Source: Synechococcus sp. A15-28
GTDB taxonomy: Bacteria > Cyanobacteriota > Cyanobacteriia > PCC-6307 > Cyanobiaceae
Direction: 5' to 3'
Assembly (NCBI RefSeq): GCF_014280175.1
Contig: NZ_CP047931.1
Location: 960,001-992,000, forward strand
DNA: 32,000 nt
Positions 14,041 through 23,646 of the stretch are shown piece by piece. The position numbers and the translations under genes are program-made. The notes below the pieces were generated by a model. It saw only the letters and a list, made by a program, of their open reading frames with translations. It did not search any database and was not told the DNA's origin. How positions within the stretch are numbered: position 1 is the stretch's first letter; the number at the start of each line of letters is the position of its first letter.

Positions 14041-14096
14041 GCGGAGCCGAGAGAGAAACAAGACTCGCCTGTCACTCCCGAGCGATTCGGCTCCGC
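14041..14096. terminator. perfect 10-bp inverted repeat (long hairpin) between convergent genes
   Basis: gcggagccga (14041-14050) is the exact reverse complement of tcggctccgc (14087-14096), with a 36-nt loop. There is no U-tract, so a terminator role is inferred from position only. Confidence 0.4.
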
Positions 14097-14152
14097 TCAC
14101 GCACCCTGACCACGGGAACGTTGGCTGGGGGTAATCGATGGAATCTCTCTCG

Positions 14153-14365
14153 TCATTGGAAGACGATGTGAAGGCGCAGGAACAGTCCCTGCCGAGCCTT
14201 GTCAAGTCGGAGGGACTGTTTTCTGCCAGCTACCAAGTCGCTCTCTCGGTGCTGCTGAAGCGTCCACCCGATGGTCAGTGGAACCTCAGGTGCCCTTTTT
14301 AGAGAGTTCGGCCTGGCCACGCACGTGATGTTCCACGGATTTTTGGGATCAAGGATTTCTTCCAT
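14153..14365 (-). CDS. hypothetical small protein (70 aa)
   Basis: Track ORF. AAGGAG lies 5 nt upstream of the ATG (GGTTTCAAGGAGCTTCATG). No family recognised. Confidence 0.45.
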   Translation of the reverse strand: MEEILDPKNPWNITCVARPNSLKRAPEVPLTIGWTLQQHRESDLVAGRKQSLRLDKARQGLFLRLHIVFQ

Positions 14366-14428
14366 GAAGCTCCTTGAAACCTGTGCTCAGGACGACAGAA
14401 CGTCCGGCCGAGTCGAACTAGCCGATGA

Positions 14429-15430
14429 CTAGGACCAGTGGTCCATCACCTGGCGCACCACCACCCATTGCATGAACACCTGCAGCACCACAACGAGGGG
14501 AAGAGCCAGCAGCACTCCTGGGAGTCCCAGCAGGGCACCGAGGCTGAGTTGCGCCATCAGGGCCACCGTCGGTAGCAGGTTCACGGTTTTCCGCAGCAGG
14601 AGCGGTGTGAGCAGAAAGGCTTCAAGGTTCTGCAAAATCAAGCGGAACACCAGGACGGACACCACAAGCTGAGGGGATTGCAGCAGGGCCAGTCCTGTGG
14701 GCAAAAGCGTCGCTGCAGTTGGTCCGATGGTGGGTACAAAGGTGAGCAGTCCGCACACCAGGGCGCTGAGGAGGGCCAGGGGAGCCTTGAGCAGCAGCAG
14801 GCCACCCCAGGTGAGCAGGAACACCGTTGTGGCAGAGAGGGTCATCCCCGTCAGCCATCCGCCGAGGGCCTGACGGCTTTCATCCAGCAGCTGCACCATC
14901 AGGTCCCGTGCCGGACGCGGGCTGATGGCCACCACCATGCCCCGATGAGAGGCGGGATCCAGGGCCAGCAGGATGGCCAGCAGGACCATCAACAACACCT
15001 GGATCAGCGAGTTTGCCGCCCCTCCGGCCACCCCCAGCAACTGACGCCCCAGTGATTGCAGATTCTCAGGACTCACACCTGCGCCGAAGGCCTGATTCAG
15101 CGCAGCCAATCGGGGATCAGCTCCCAGCCATCCGGAAAGCTTGTTGAACAGCTCGGGGAGATCCTGCCCCAGTTGTTGGGTCTGGGTGATCAGTTCCGGC
15201 AGCAACAGCTGGCCTATCAACAGACCTGCCAGCAGCAGACCCGCCAGAACGGCCAGCAGGGCCTGGGGTCTGGCCAGATGGCTTCGGTCCTGCAGCTGAT
15301 GGATCAGCACATCCAGGGCGACGGCCACGACCACCGCACCGAACAGCACCAGCAGCACCCAGCGCAGCTGCCAGATCAGCAGCGCCAGCAACACGAAGGT
15401 GAGAGTCAGCAGAGCTGATTGAGCCGTCAT
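14429..15430 (-). CDS. AI-2E family transporter (PerM/UPF0118-like), copy 2
   Basis: A polytopic membrane protein with the LTFVPTIGPTAAT motif. Clearly paralogous to the upstream gene. Its ATG overlaps the upstream stop (ATGA at 15430-15427). Confidence 0.85.
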   Translation of the reverse strand: MTAQSALLTLTFVLLALLIWQLRWVLLVLFGAVVVAVALDVLIHQLQDRSHLARPQALLAVLAGLLLAGLLIGQLLLPELITQTQQLGQDLPELFNKLSGWLGADPRLAALNQAFGAGVSPENLQSLGRQLLGVAGGAANSLIQVLLMVLLAILLALDPASHRGMVVAISPRPARDLMVQLLDESRQALGGWLTGMTLSATTVFLLTWGGLLLLKAPLALLSALVCGLLTFVPTIGPTAATLLPTGLALLQSPQLVVSVLVFRLILQNLEAFLLTPLLLRKTVNLLPTVALMAQLSLGALLGLPGVLLALPLVVVLQVFMQWVVVRQVMDHWS

Positions 15431-16503
15431 GTCCGCAGTCTCAGGGTTGTCCAGCGGTTGAGGACATCCGTGATCAGGACTTCTCGAATCAACACCTGAA
15501 GCACGACGGCAAGGGGCAGGGCCAACAGCAGCCCCAACGGTCCGAAGATCACGGTGAAGAGCACCTGGGCTGCCAGGGTGAGGCCCGGCAGAAGCTTCAC
15601 CTGATGGTGCATCACCGAGGGGGTGATCACATAGCTCTCCAGGTTCTGAATCACCACATAGGCCCCGAGAACGGCGGCCGCTTTCCAGGGGGCATCCAGC
15701 AGGGCCACCGCCATGGGAAACACCGTGCTCATGGTGGGGCCAACGTTGGGAATCACGTTCAGCACTCCGGCCAGCAGGGCATTGGCCAGCACGAGCTTCA
15801 CCCCGAGAAGCGACAGGGTGATCCAGCAGAGCAGAAACACAGCCAGCGAGCTGATGCCCACACCCACCATCCAGCTGTTGAGGGCATCGCCGCAGAGGGT
15901 GAGGATCTGATTGGCCCGGCGGCGATAAAAGGAGGGCACCAGCAGGATTCCGACCTGGCGGTAAGCCTGGGGTTGAACAGCCACCATCAGGGCGGCTGCC
16001 ACAACAAACAGCAAACTCAGGCCTGCACTTCCCAGATTTCCGGCCAGTCCAAGCAGGCCGATCAGGCCGCTGCCAACCCCTGAAGCCAGCGTGGAACCGT
16101 CAGGGAGGATCGATTGGCTCTGGAGCCCCAGTTGCTCGAGGTCTGTCGTGGCATCCACCCCGTAGAGCGAATCACTCACCTGATCAAGACCACTCAGGGC
16201 AAGCTGCAGCAGCGTTCGGGCTGCCTGGGGAAGTTTTTGCAGCAGCAGGGCGAATTCATCAATGAACGGCGGCACCAGCACCGCCGCCAGCGCTGTGAGC
16301 ACCAGTCCAAGGCCACTGAGACAGACCAGCAGTGCCAAAGGGCGCCTCATCGGGTAGCGCCGTTGCAGCGCGTCCACCAGGCTGCAGAGCGCCAGTCCCA
16401 CCACGACGGCTGCAAACAACAGCAGCAACCACTGACGCAAGGTCCACAGGATGAGACCTGCAGCGATCAACGCTGCAAGGGACAGTGCCTGGGGAAAATT
16501 CAA
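15427..16503 (-). CDS. AI-2E family transporter (PerM/UPF0118-like), copy 1
   Basis: A polytopic membrane protein with [12 protein letters not shown]. Its TTG start at 16503 overlaps the psb28 stop, so the start is somewhat uncertain. Confidence 0.85.
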   Translation of the reverse strand: MNFPQALSLAALIAAGLILWTLRQWLLLLFAAVVVGLALCSLVDALQRRYPMRRPLALLVCLSGLGLVLTALAAVLVPPFIDEFALLLQKLPQAARTLLQLALSGLDQVSDSLYGVDATTDLEQLGLQSQSILPDGSTLASGVGSGLIGLLGLAGNLGSAGLSLLFVVAAALMVAVQPQAYRQVGILLVPSFYRRRANQILTLCGDALNSWMVGVGISSLAVFLLCWITLSLLGVKLVLANALLAGVLNVIPNVGPTMSTVFPMAVALLDAPWKAAAVLGAYVVIQNLESYVITPSVMHHQVKLLPGLTLAAQVLFTVIFGPLGLLLALPLAVVLQVLIREVLITDVLNRWTTLRLRT

Positions 16504-16883
16504 GCCTCAGCGTTGGCGTCTCCGTCAGTCTGATCAGAATTCTGGTTTTGGGTGTAGCCCAGCCCGTTCGCTTCGGCGTAGCGCTGGGCGAAACGCATGA
16601 ACCGTTCGAAGTCCTGTAGGGATTTCCATGAGTAAACGGCTTCCAGGGCACTTGCCGTGCCGTTCACGAATTTGCCGTTGACCTCTCGGGTGACCATTTC
16701 CCCTTCTTCATCCACCATCCACATTCCGGTGATGTCGCCCATCGTTTCAGGAGCGATGGCTGCGGGTTGTTCGAAGCGGAAGGTTGCTTGACCGGTGAGC
16801 CCATCACGGCTGCGGGTCAGACGGATATCGGGGACGACGGGCTCGTCGATGCCACGGAAAAATTGAATCGACGCCTTAGCCAT
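16500..16883 (-). CDS. psb28: photosystem II reaction center protein Psb28
   Basis: [40 protein letters not shown] matches the conserved Psb28 N-terminus. Confidence 0.9.
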   Translation of the reverse strand: MAKASIQFFRGIDEPVVPDIRLTRSRDGLTGQATFRFEQPAAIAPETMGDITGMWMVDEEGEMVTREVNGKFVNGTASALEAVYSWKSLQDFERFMRFAQRYAEANGLGYTQNQNSDQTDGDANAEA

Positions 16884-16909
16884 GGCCGCCCCTTTAAGGA
16901 AGCGGGATC

Positions 16910-17944
16910 CTAAACGGTTTCAGTCAGTGCCCCGGATGCGAGCAGATGATCAGCAGCCTGCTCAATGCTGAGACCACTGATATCCAGGCTCCTGCGCTGC
17001 GGTGACCGTTCCAGTTCGTGGTCGTAGCAACGGTCGTAGTAATCCAGGGTGGATCTGCAGGCTGTGGCCCAATCCCCTGCAGCAATGGCATTCAGGGCCT
17101 GAGTTGTCCGCTGGGGCCCCAGCCGTCGGCTGATGCGCCGCGTCGCCTCCGCCAGTGCATCCATGCCCTGATGGCCGTACACCCCCACCAATTGATCCAC
17201 CCGTTCGTTGAGGCTGCGTTGAATCTCCAGGACAGGAGCGTTCTGCATCTGATCGAAGAAGGCCTTTGGAATCCGGCAGCGTCCCACCTGAATGCTTTCG
17301 GCTTCCAGCCAGATGGCCTCAGCCCCGGCTTGGCGATGCTGATCAAGGCATTCCGCCAGGCGGTTTTCGTAATGCTCAGTGGAGGGTTGTGGTGGCAGCC
17401 CCAGTCCGCCGAAGCTGCTGCCCCGGTGATGGGCCAAGCCTTCAAGATCAACGACTGCAACTCCCCGTTGTTGCAGGGCCAGAAGCAGATCCGTTTTGCC
17501 GGTCCCGGTGCGGCCTCCCATCAATCGCAAGGGCCAGAGCCGTTCGAACTGCTGCTGGGCCCAGCGGCGATAGGCCTTGTATCCACCGATCAGCAGCGCT
17601 GGCGTCAAGTCGATCTGACTGGCCAGCCAGGCCATGCTGGCGGAGCGCATGCCCCCTCTCCAGCAGTACAGCCTGAGAGTGCCTTGATCGCGCAACTGTT
17701 CCAGCTTTCCAGCCAGTGCCGAAAGCTTCGGACCCGTGATGGACAGTGCGAGGTGGATGGCTGGCAGACGCCCCTGCTGCTTGTAGCTGGTGCCGACTTC
17801 GGCCCGTTCTTCATCGCTGAACAGAGGGAGGTTGATGGCACCCGGCCAATGTCCTTTTTCGAATTCCGATGGGCTGCGCACATCCACCAGCGGACCCTGC
17901 CGCCGGCGCAGCTGATCAATCGTGAGGTGCTGGGGATCTCCCAT
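16910..17944 (-). CDS. selU: tRNA 2-selenouridine synthase (SelU/MnmH)
   Basis: Rhodanese domain ([21 protein letters not shown], active-site CWRGGMRS) plus the P-loop GGRTGTGKT. The track ORF extends to 18016. I prefer the ATG at 17944 ([12 protein letters not shown]) by analogy with the E. coli N-terminus and to leave a promoter gap. Confidence 0.85.
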   Translation of the reverse strand: MGDPQHLTIDQLRRRQGPLVDVRSPSEFEKGHWPGAINLPLFSDEERAEVGTSYKQQGRLPAIHLALSITGPKLSALAGKLEQLRDQGTLRLYCWRGGMRSASMAWLASQIDLTPALLIGGYKAYRRWAQQQFERLWPLRLMGGRTGTGKTDLLLALQQRGVAVVDLEGLAHHRGSSFGGLGLPPQPSTEHYENRLAECLDQHRQAGAEAIWLEAESIQVGRCRIPKAFFDQMQNAPVLEIQRSLNERVDQLVGVYGHQGMDALAEATRRISRRLGPQRTTQALNAIAAGDWATACRSTLDYYDRCYDHELERSPQRRSLDISGLSIEQAADHLLASGALTETV

Positions 17945-17993
17945 GCCTGACATAGTGGGCCAACGCCGCGCCAAAAAGGGCCGGTTGCTACTC

Positions 17994-18728
17994 ATGCTCT
18001 CCGGTTCAACACCCACTTCAACGGCAACTCCTGAACAGCTGATCGACCGCCTGGCGAAGGGGTCTCCCCGTCAGCGTCGTTCACTGATCAAGTCCTTGGA
18101 ATCAAGGTCGGCCGATCTCGTCGGCCTTGGATCAGCTGCCCTCGACCAATTTGATCGCAAGGGCTCCGACTGGGCTCCCGGTTGGGTTCTCCAGGTGCTG
18201 AGACGGCACCAGCCCGACCACCTTGTCCAACTGCTGTCCTCCACCCCCGAGGGATGGTTGGATGTGGCCTCGGCCATCGGGGTGGATTACGGCCCGCTGC
18301 AGCAAGCCCTGCTTGATGAGGACTTCGAAACGGCTGATCGGACCACAAGTTCCATCCTGCGTCAGCTTGCCGGTCCTGCTGCTGAGGCCAGGGGCTACGT
18401 CTACTTCAGTGAGGTGCCAGCGATGGCCGGTCTGGATCTGGTGAGCCTTGATCGGTTGTGGACGGTGTATTCCCAAGGGCGATTCGGGTTTTCCATGCAG
18501 GCCAAGTTGCTGTCTGGATTGGATGGGCGTTATGAGCGGCTGTGGCCACGGATCGGTTGGAAGCTGGACGGCACCTGGACCCGTTATCCCAGAGCGTTCA
18601 CCTGGTCGATGGAGGCGCCTGAGGGGCACATGCCTCTGATCAACCAATTGCGGGGGGTCCGTCTCATGGATGCATTGCTCAATCATCCCGATCTCGTGAC
18701 GCATCGAAGCGCCATGGGACTGTCCTGA
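17994..18728 (+). CDS. GUN4 domain-containing protein
   Basis: YVYFSEVPAMAGLDLVSLDRLWTVYSQGRFGFSMQ...GW...W..YP..FTWSMEAPEGHMP is the GUN4 signature. The track ORF starts at 17922; the ATG at 17994 is preferred. Confidence 0.8.
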   Translation: MLSGSTPTSTATPEQLIDRLAKGSPRQRRSLIKSLESRSADLVGLGSAALDQFDRKGSDWAPGWVLQVLRRHQPDHLVQLLSSTPEGWLDVASAIGVDYGPLQQALLDEDFETADRTTSSILRQLAGPAAEARGYVYFSEVPAMAGLDLVSLDRLWTVYSQGRFGFSMQAKLLSGLDGRYERLWPRIGWKLDGTWTRYPRAFTWSMEAPEGHMPLINQLRGVRLMDALLNHPDLVTHRSAMGLS

Positions 18729-18774
18729 TCGCTGAGAACCGGTAAGTTCAAACAAGAGCTGAAGCGGCCTGGTC

Positions 18775-19248
18775 GTGATCCTGCAGCAGGCTTCCTCCAG
18801 CACCGAAACGTTTCCCGCGGCCTCGTCCAGGCGTCAGTTTCGTTGGGCGGATTTTGTTTTGCCCTCAACCTTGCAGCTCTCTCCGTTGATGGAAGTGCTG
18901 ATTGAACCGGTGGGTTGTTTGTTGACGTCCCAGCGGGTCGAGCTCGGACTGCATGAAGCTCTGGTGAATGCCGTGCGCCACGGCAATGCGGAGGATCCCT
19001 CCAAGCGGCTGCGTGTGCGGCGGATCACGACTCCGCACTGGTTGGTCTGGCAGGTGCAGGATGAGGGCAGTGGCTTACCACCGAACGCCCGCGCCGCCTC
19101 TCTTCCGGAGCAACCAGAAGCGCTCAGTGGTCGAGGTCTCTTCCTGATCCATCAGTGCTTTGACGACGTGCGCTGGAGCCGCCGTGGCAACCGACTCCAA
19201 CTCGCCTGTCGTCGGCCGCTCAATGATGCGGACAGCCCGGGTCTCTGA
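18775..19248 (+). CDS. anti-sigma regulatory factor, Ser/Thr protein kinase (RsbW/SpoIIAB-like HATPase)
   Basis: GTG start. N-box ELGLHEALVNAVRHGN and G-box DEGSGL...GRGLFLI. Confidence 0.75.
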   Translation: MILQQASSSTETFPAASSRRQFRWADFVLPSTLQLSPLMEVLIEPVGCLLTSQRVELGLHEALVNAVRHGNAEDPSKRLRVRRITTPHWLVWQVQDEGSGLPPNARAASLPEQPEALSGRGLFLIHQCFDDVRWSRRGNRLQLACRRPLNDADSPGL

Positions 19249-19474
19249 GTTCTCCGTTGATCCAGCCCAGGGCTTGCTCGGTGAGCGCCTTCACGTCGCC
19301 CCGTTCCCCTTCACTCAGCAGCGTCACCAGCGCAGCGCTCAGCAGCTCGGCTCCACGTCGATCCCAGCGACTTTTCAGACGATGCCAGCTGCGGTCATCA
19401 ATGCTCAACAGCGCGTGAAGGTCACGGCTGTTGCTCAGGGCCTGCTCGGGCCAGTCCGATTGGGTCGGATCCAT
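19220..19474 (-). CDS. conserved hypothetical small protein (84 aa)
   Basis: Lies within track ORF 19220..19642. The ATG at 19474 (MDPTQSDWPEQ...) is preferred because the upstream 56 codons look non-coding. The protein ends in GWINGELRDPGCPHH. Confidence 0.5.
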   Translation of the reverse strand: MDPTQSDWPEQALSNSRDLHALLSIDDRSWHRLKSRWDRRGAELLSAALVTLLSEGERGDVKALTEQALGWINGELRDPGCPHH

Positions 19475-19805
19475 GGGCTTCCAGCGTTGTCTGTCTAGTT
19501 TCGTGGAAGCCGACACCGGTGAATGCGAATGCAACGACAGCGCCTGCGCTGGCTCCATTCCTGCAGCCAGCTGCTGCAAGTTGGTCGTGTTCAGTCTCTT
19601 GCTGTGAAGCAGGGAAAGGGGGTGGCGGCCCGCAGGGGTCAACGGCGGCTGCTCATGGGACGCCGATTGCTTGAGCTGGAAATCGTGGGGTGGTCGATTA
19701 AACCTGCTTCAGAGGAGCGTTTCTGGCGGGGCCTCCGCTGGGGGGGAGCAGGATTCAGCCTGGCCTGGCTGTTGAACCAGTGGCTGCAGTGATCGAGCAA
19801 AAACC

Positions 19806-20129
19806 TCAGGCCGCTACTTTGGAGGAATCCTGCCCAACCACCACGAGGGAGACCAGCGTTTCGCTGGGGGATGTCTGGGCGGAAGATTGCAGTCGATCAG
19901 AAGGTTGCTGGGGTTCCTGACCGCGTAGCCAGGCGTGATGGAGAGCCCGGCGACGACGGTCCTCGGAAAGAACCAGTCGATCTGCTGCGATTTGGGGGCT
20001 TTCTCCGGGGAGAACGGCTGTGCGCAACCGAATCCCAAAACCGTTGGCTTCAACCTGGACGTGACCTTCCATCAGAACCACCTGGAAGGTCCAGCCCTGT
20101 AACCAGCGGAGTCGGAAGGGATTGGTCAT
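19806..20129 (-). CDS. conserved hypothetical protein (107 aa)
   Basis: Track ORF 19806..20150. The ATG at 20129 gives MTNPFRLRWLQGWTFQVVLMEGHVQVEANGFGIRL. No family recognised. Confidence 0.45.
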   Translation of the reverse strand: MTNPFRLRWLQGWTFQVVLMEGHVQVEANGFGIRLRTAVLPGESPQIAADRLVLSEDRRRRALHHAWLRGQEPQQPSDRLQSSAQTSPSETLVSLVVVGQDSSKVAA

Positions 20130-20210
20130 CGATGTCCCTTTCGGCAACAACCATACCCTATGTCCCTGGAGCCATCGTGCAAGGGAGGGTGTCAGGGAAT
20201 GGGAATGCGT

Positions 20211-21284
20211 TCAGGCGGATGGCTGGGAGGGCTTTCTGGCGCTCCAGACCCGAGTCATGAAGTGGGTTTCAGCGGTCACGGCCTCGAAACCGGCCTGGAT
20301 CAGACGGGCATCGATGTCGTCCGCGATGTAGTCGCGGTAGTACGGCTCGTGGAAGACCCGGCGGAAATTCTCCATGGCGACGTTGAACTGCGGAGAGTCT
20401 GCGAGTTGAACGGAATCGGCCAGCACAAAGACACCACCAGGCTCCAGCACACGCCAGGCTTCGTTGATGACGTTCTGGCGTGCCTCAGCCGGCAGCTCAT
20501 GCAGGAGAAAGACGCAGGTCGCACCCTGCAGTCCGGCATTCGCGAAGGGAAGTTTCTCTCCGTTGGCGCGAATCAGTTGCACCAGAGGGGCCTGACCGTT
20601 GTTCAGCCAGCGATTCGCTTGGCGTAAGTAGGCCTCGGAGAGGTCGGCGCCGATCAGCTCCGCATGGGGCAGGGCCCCACGGATCTGTTGGAGCGTCCGT
20701 CCTGTTCCCGTGGCGATGTCGAGCACCCGAAGGGTCGAAGGGCTTCGATCGGAGAAGTGCTTCAGGCCGCGCTTCAGCGGCGAGAGCACCCGACGCCGCA
20801 TCGCATCGGCGGTTCCATTGAACAGGATCTCGACCTGGAGGTCGTACAGACCTGCGGAGTGGTCGCTGAGGTATCCATCGGTTTGGTGATGGAAATTCTG
20901 CAGGTAGTACTCAGGGAAGAGGCTGCTGTCGGTTTCTTTGGGGAGATCGCGAACGTTGCGTTCCTTGCGGCGATTCCAGGTGGAAGGCAGATCCAACCAG
21001 ACCAAGGGATAGCGGCTTGCCCAGTCCAGCCAGGGGGCATCGAACAGCTGAGATTCCGGATAGGTGCCCTGTTGCGCCTCGTCCCAATCGCGTTCCTCCA
21101 GCTGAGCCATGGAGCTGCGCAGGTCCTTCAACAGCTCCGGGGGGACGCTCTCAGTGCTGGGAACAGCTTCGGGAGCAAGCAGCTCCATCAACTTGGTGCT
21201 CAGCTCTTTGTGGGCCAGGCCAGCGATTCCCTTGCCCTGTTGCAGGGTCTTGTAGGCCAGCTTGCTGAAGGGCGTGGACGCCAT
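20211..21284 (-). CDS. class I SAM-dependent methyltransferase
   Basis: Motif I VLDIATGTGRT, a post-I acidic residue (IGADLS), and LLHELP...LEPGGVFVLADS. The substrate cannot be assigned. Confidence 0.8.
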   Translation of the reverse strand: MASTPFSKLAYKTLQQGKGIAGLAHKELSTKLMELLAPEAVPSTESVPPELLKDLRSSMAQLEERDWDEAQQGTYPESQLFDAPWLDWASRYPLVWLDLPSTWNRRKERNVRDLPKETDSSLFPEYYLQNFHHQTDGYLSDHSAGLYDLQVEILFNGTADAMRRRVLSPLKRGLKHFSDRSPSTLRVLDIATGTGRTLQQIRGALPHAELIGADLSEAYLRQANRWLNNGQAPLVQLIRANGEKLPFANAGLQGATCVFLLHELPAEARQNVINEAWRVLEPGGVFVLADSVQLADSPQFNVAMENFRRVFHEPYYRDYIADDIDARLIQAGFEAVTAETHFMTRVWSARKPSQPSA

Positions 21285-21350
21285 TCCATCGATGCACCAA
21301 GTGGCCTATTCCAGCGAATGGATGGACAAACCGCGTTGCGCTTGATCCAC

Positions 21351-21377
21351 AAAAAAACCCGCCTCCTGGGAGGCGGG
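21351..21377 (-). terminator. intrinsic terminator of glnA
   Basis: On the minus strand, CCCGCCTCC-CA-GGAGGCGGG (9-bp GC stem, 21358-21377) is followed by T7 (A7 on the plus strand, 21351-21357). It lies 24 nt after the glnA stop. Confidence 0.85.
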
Positions 21378-21400
21378 CCGATGAACAACGATCGCGAGAT

Positions 21401-22822
21401 TCAAGCGTCGTAGTACATCGCGAACTCGTGGGGATGAGGGCGCTGGCGCAGCTGCTGGACCTCTTCGTATTTGAGATCGATCCAGTTGTCGATGAAATCG
21501 TCGCTGAATACGCCGCCGGCGGTGAGGAAGCCGCGATCGGCATTGAGCGCTTCCAGGGCGCCGTTCAGTGACGGGGGCACTGTGGCGATCTTGGCCAGCT
21601 CTTCGGCAGGCAGTTCAAACAAATCACGATCTTCACCGTCGCCGGGGTCGATCTGGTTTTTGATGCCATCCAGGCCCGCCATCACCATGGCGCTGAAGGC
21701 CAGATAAGGATTGGCCAGGGCATCACCGGAACGGAATTCGAGGCGCTTGGCCTTCGGGCTGGGGCCGGTGAGAGGGATACGAACCGCAGCGGAGCGGTTT
21801 CCTTCGGAGTAGACAAGATTGACGGGTGCTTCGAATCCGGGCACCAGGCGCTTGTAGCTGTTGGTGGTGGGGTTGGTGAAGGCCAGGAATGCCGGGGCAT
21901 GCTTCAGGATTCCACCGATGTACCAACGGGCTGTCTGGGACAGATTGGCGTAGGTGCCTTCGCCGAAGAACAGCGGCTGGCCACCTTTCCAGAGGCTCTG
22001 GTGAACGTGCATGCCGGAGCCGTTGTCGTTGAAGACCGGTTTGGGCATGAATGTGGCTGTTTTGCCGTACTTCTTCGCCACATTGCGCACGACGTATTTG
22101 TACGTCATGACGTTGTCTGCCGCTTCAATCAGTTCGGCGAATTTCATGCCGAGCTCGTGCTGTCCGGCACCGGCCACCTCGTGGTGATGCTTTTCGGTGG
22201 GGATCCCCAGCTGACCCATCAACAGGAGCATCTCCGAACGAATGTCCTGAGCGGTGTCGTTGGGAGCGACGGGGAAATAACCCTCTTTCAACTGGATTTT
22301 GTAAGCCAGGTTTCCACCCTCTTCCAGGCGCCCGGTGTTCCAGGGCGCTTCGATGGTGTCAACGCTGTAGAAAGCCCCGCCTTCGCTGGAGTTGTAGCGG
22401 ACGTCGTCGAAGAGAAAGAACTCGGGCTCGGGACCGAAGAAGGCGGTGTCCGCCAGGCCGGTGGAGCTCAGGTGGTTCAGAGCTCGTTGTGCCAGGGCAC
22501 GGGGGCAGCGGTCGTAGGCCTCACCACTGCGCGGCTCCTGAATGGAGCAGATCATGCTCAGGGTTTTGTGGCGGTAGAAGGGATCAATCCAGGCCGTGCT
22601 GGCATCGGGAACCATCGCCATGTCAGAGGCATTGATCGATTTCCAGCCGCGAATGGAGGAGCCGTCAAACGCCAGCCCTTCGGTGAAGGAGTCCTCTTCC
22701 AGCAGATCGGTGCACACCGTCAGGTGTTGCCACTTGCCATGGAGATCGGTGAATTTCAGGTCGATCAGCTCAATGCCTTCGTCCTTGATCTGTCGAAGGA
22801 CGTCCTGAGGGGTTTTGGCCAT
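21401..22822 (-). CDS. glnA: glutamine synthetase type I
   Basis: [45 protein letters not shown] and FMPKP are present. The ATG at 22822 is preferred over the track start at 22843. Confidence 0.93.
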   Translation of the reverse strand: MAKTPQDVLRQIKDEGIELIDLKFTDLHGKWQHLTVCTDLLEEDSFTEGLAFDGSSIRGWKSINASDMAMVPDASTAWIDPFYRHKTLSMICSIQEPRSGEAYDRCPRALAQRALNHLSSTGLADTAFFGPEPEFFLFDDVRYNSSEGGAFYSVDTIEAPWNTGRLEEGGNLAYKIQLKEGYFPVAPNDTAQDIRSEMLLLMGQLGIPTEKHHHEVAGAGQHELGMKFAELIEAADNVMTYKYVVRNVAKKYGKTATFMPKPVFNDNGSGMHVHQSLWKGGQPLFFGEGTYANLSQTARWYIGGILKHAPAFLAFTNPTTNSYKRLVPGFEAPVNLVYSEGNRSAAVRIPLTGPSPKAKRLEFRSGDALANPYLAFSAMVMAGLDGIKNQIDPGDGEDRDLFELPAEELAKIATVPPSLNGALEALNADRGFLTAGGVFSDDFIDNWIDLKYEEVQQLRQRPHPHEFAMYYDA

Positions 22823-22881
22823 GAAGCTTGAACCGAAAAGCATTTATAGGTGGACCGTAAGGAGCCGCTATGCCCTATTTT

Positions 22882-22895
22882 GTATCAATGCGCAC
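22882..22895 (-). promoter_or_regulatory. NtcA-type binding site with a correctly spaced -10 box upstream of glnA
   Basis: The minus strand reads GTGCGCATTGATAC (GTG-N8-TAC versus consensus GTA-N8-TAC). Exactly 22 nt downstream lies TACGGT (TAN3T, plus strand 22854-22859), about 30 nt before the glnA ATG. Confidence 0.5.
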
Positions 22896-23042
22896 ATTTT
22901 TTAATGTGTCTGCGGTGTTGGCAGTGCTTGTTGTCACTCTCGTAACCGTTTCTGTCAACTTCCCTGAATCACAGGCCTGAAGCGGGTTCTCAGCCTTGAA
23001 GCGGTGTTACCTTCAGCCAGGATTGTCTGGAGACTCCAGAGC

Positions 23043-23567
23043 ATGCGCGATGCCATCGGCGGATTGATTGGCCGTTATGACCAATTGGGACGGTATCTGG
23101 ACCGCTCGGCGATCGACAGCATCGAGTCGTATCTGGATGAGTCATCCCTGCGGATCCAGGCCGTTGAGCTGATCAACCGGGAAGCTGCTGAAATCGTGCG
23201 CGAGGCTAGTCAGCGGTTGTTCCGTGATGAGCCGGAACTCTTGCTGCCCGGTGGTAATGCCTACACCACACGACGTCTCGCGGCGTGTCTGCGGGATATG
23301 GACTATTTCCTGCGTTACGCCAGTTACGCCCTCGTTGCTGCTGACAGCACGATCCTGAACGAGCGTGTTCTCAATGGTCTTGACGACACTTACAAGAGCC
23401 TTGGCGTGCCCACGGGGCCCACGGTTCGCAGCATTGTTCTGCTGAGTGAAGTGATCGTGGAGCGTCTTCAAGCCACGGGAGTCGACCCAGCTCGTCTCGG
23501 AGTTGTCGTGGAACCGTTTGATTACATGGCCCGTGGTCTTGCCGAAACGAATGTGCGGCAGCGATGA
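23043..23567 (+). CDS. apcF: allophycocyanin beta-18 subunit ApcF
   Basis: MRDAIGGLIGRYDQLGRYLDRSAIDSI...GGNAYTTRRLAACLRDMDYFLRYASYALVAADSTILNERVLNGLDDTYKSLGVP is a beta-type allophycocyanin with the ApcF-like N-terminus. The track ORF starts at 23004. Confidence 0.85.
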   Translation: MRDAIGGLIGRYDQLGRYLDRSAIDSIESYLDESSLRIQAVELINREAAEIVREASQRLFRDEPELLLPGGNAYTTRRLAACLRDMDYFLRYASYALVAADSTILNERVLNGLDDTYKSLGVPTGPTVRSIVLLSEVIVERLQATGVDPARLGVVVEPFDYMARGLAETNVRQR

Positions 23568-23646
23568 GCAGCGTTTGCCGCGACCGTTGCAATCGGTCTG
23601 AAAGGCTTCAAAGCTGAGACGCGACTGCGTAGGCTCCACCTATTGA

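Noticed and set aside
17993-17996. Divergent selU and GUN4-domain genes apparently sharing a CATG, with an ATG on each strand, if the selU MSSNRPF start is used.
   Set aside because: This would leave no promoter space for either gene. The conserved SelU N-terminus begins nearer the ATG at 17944, so the overlap is most likely an artefact of choosing the longer ORF.
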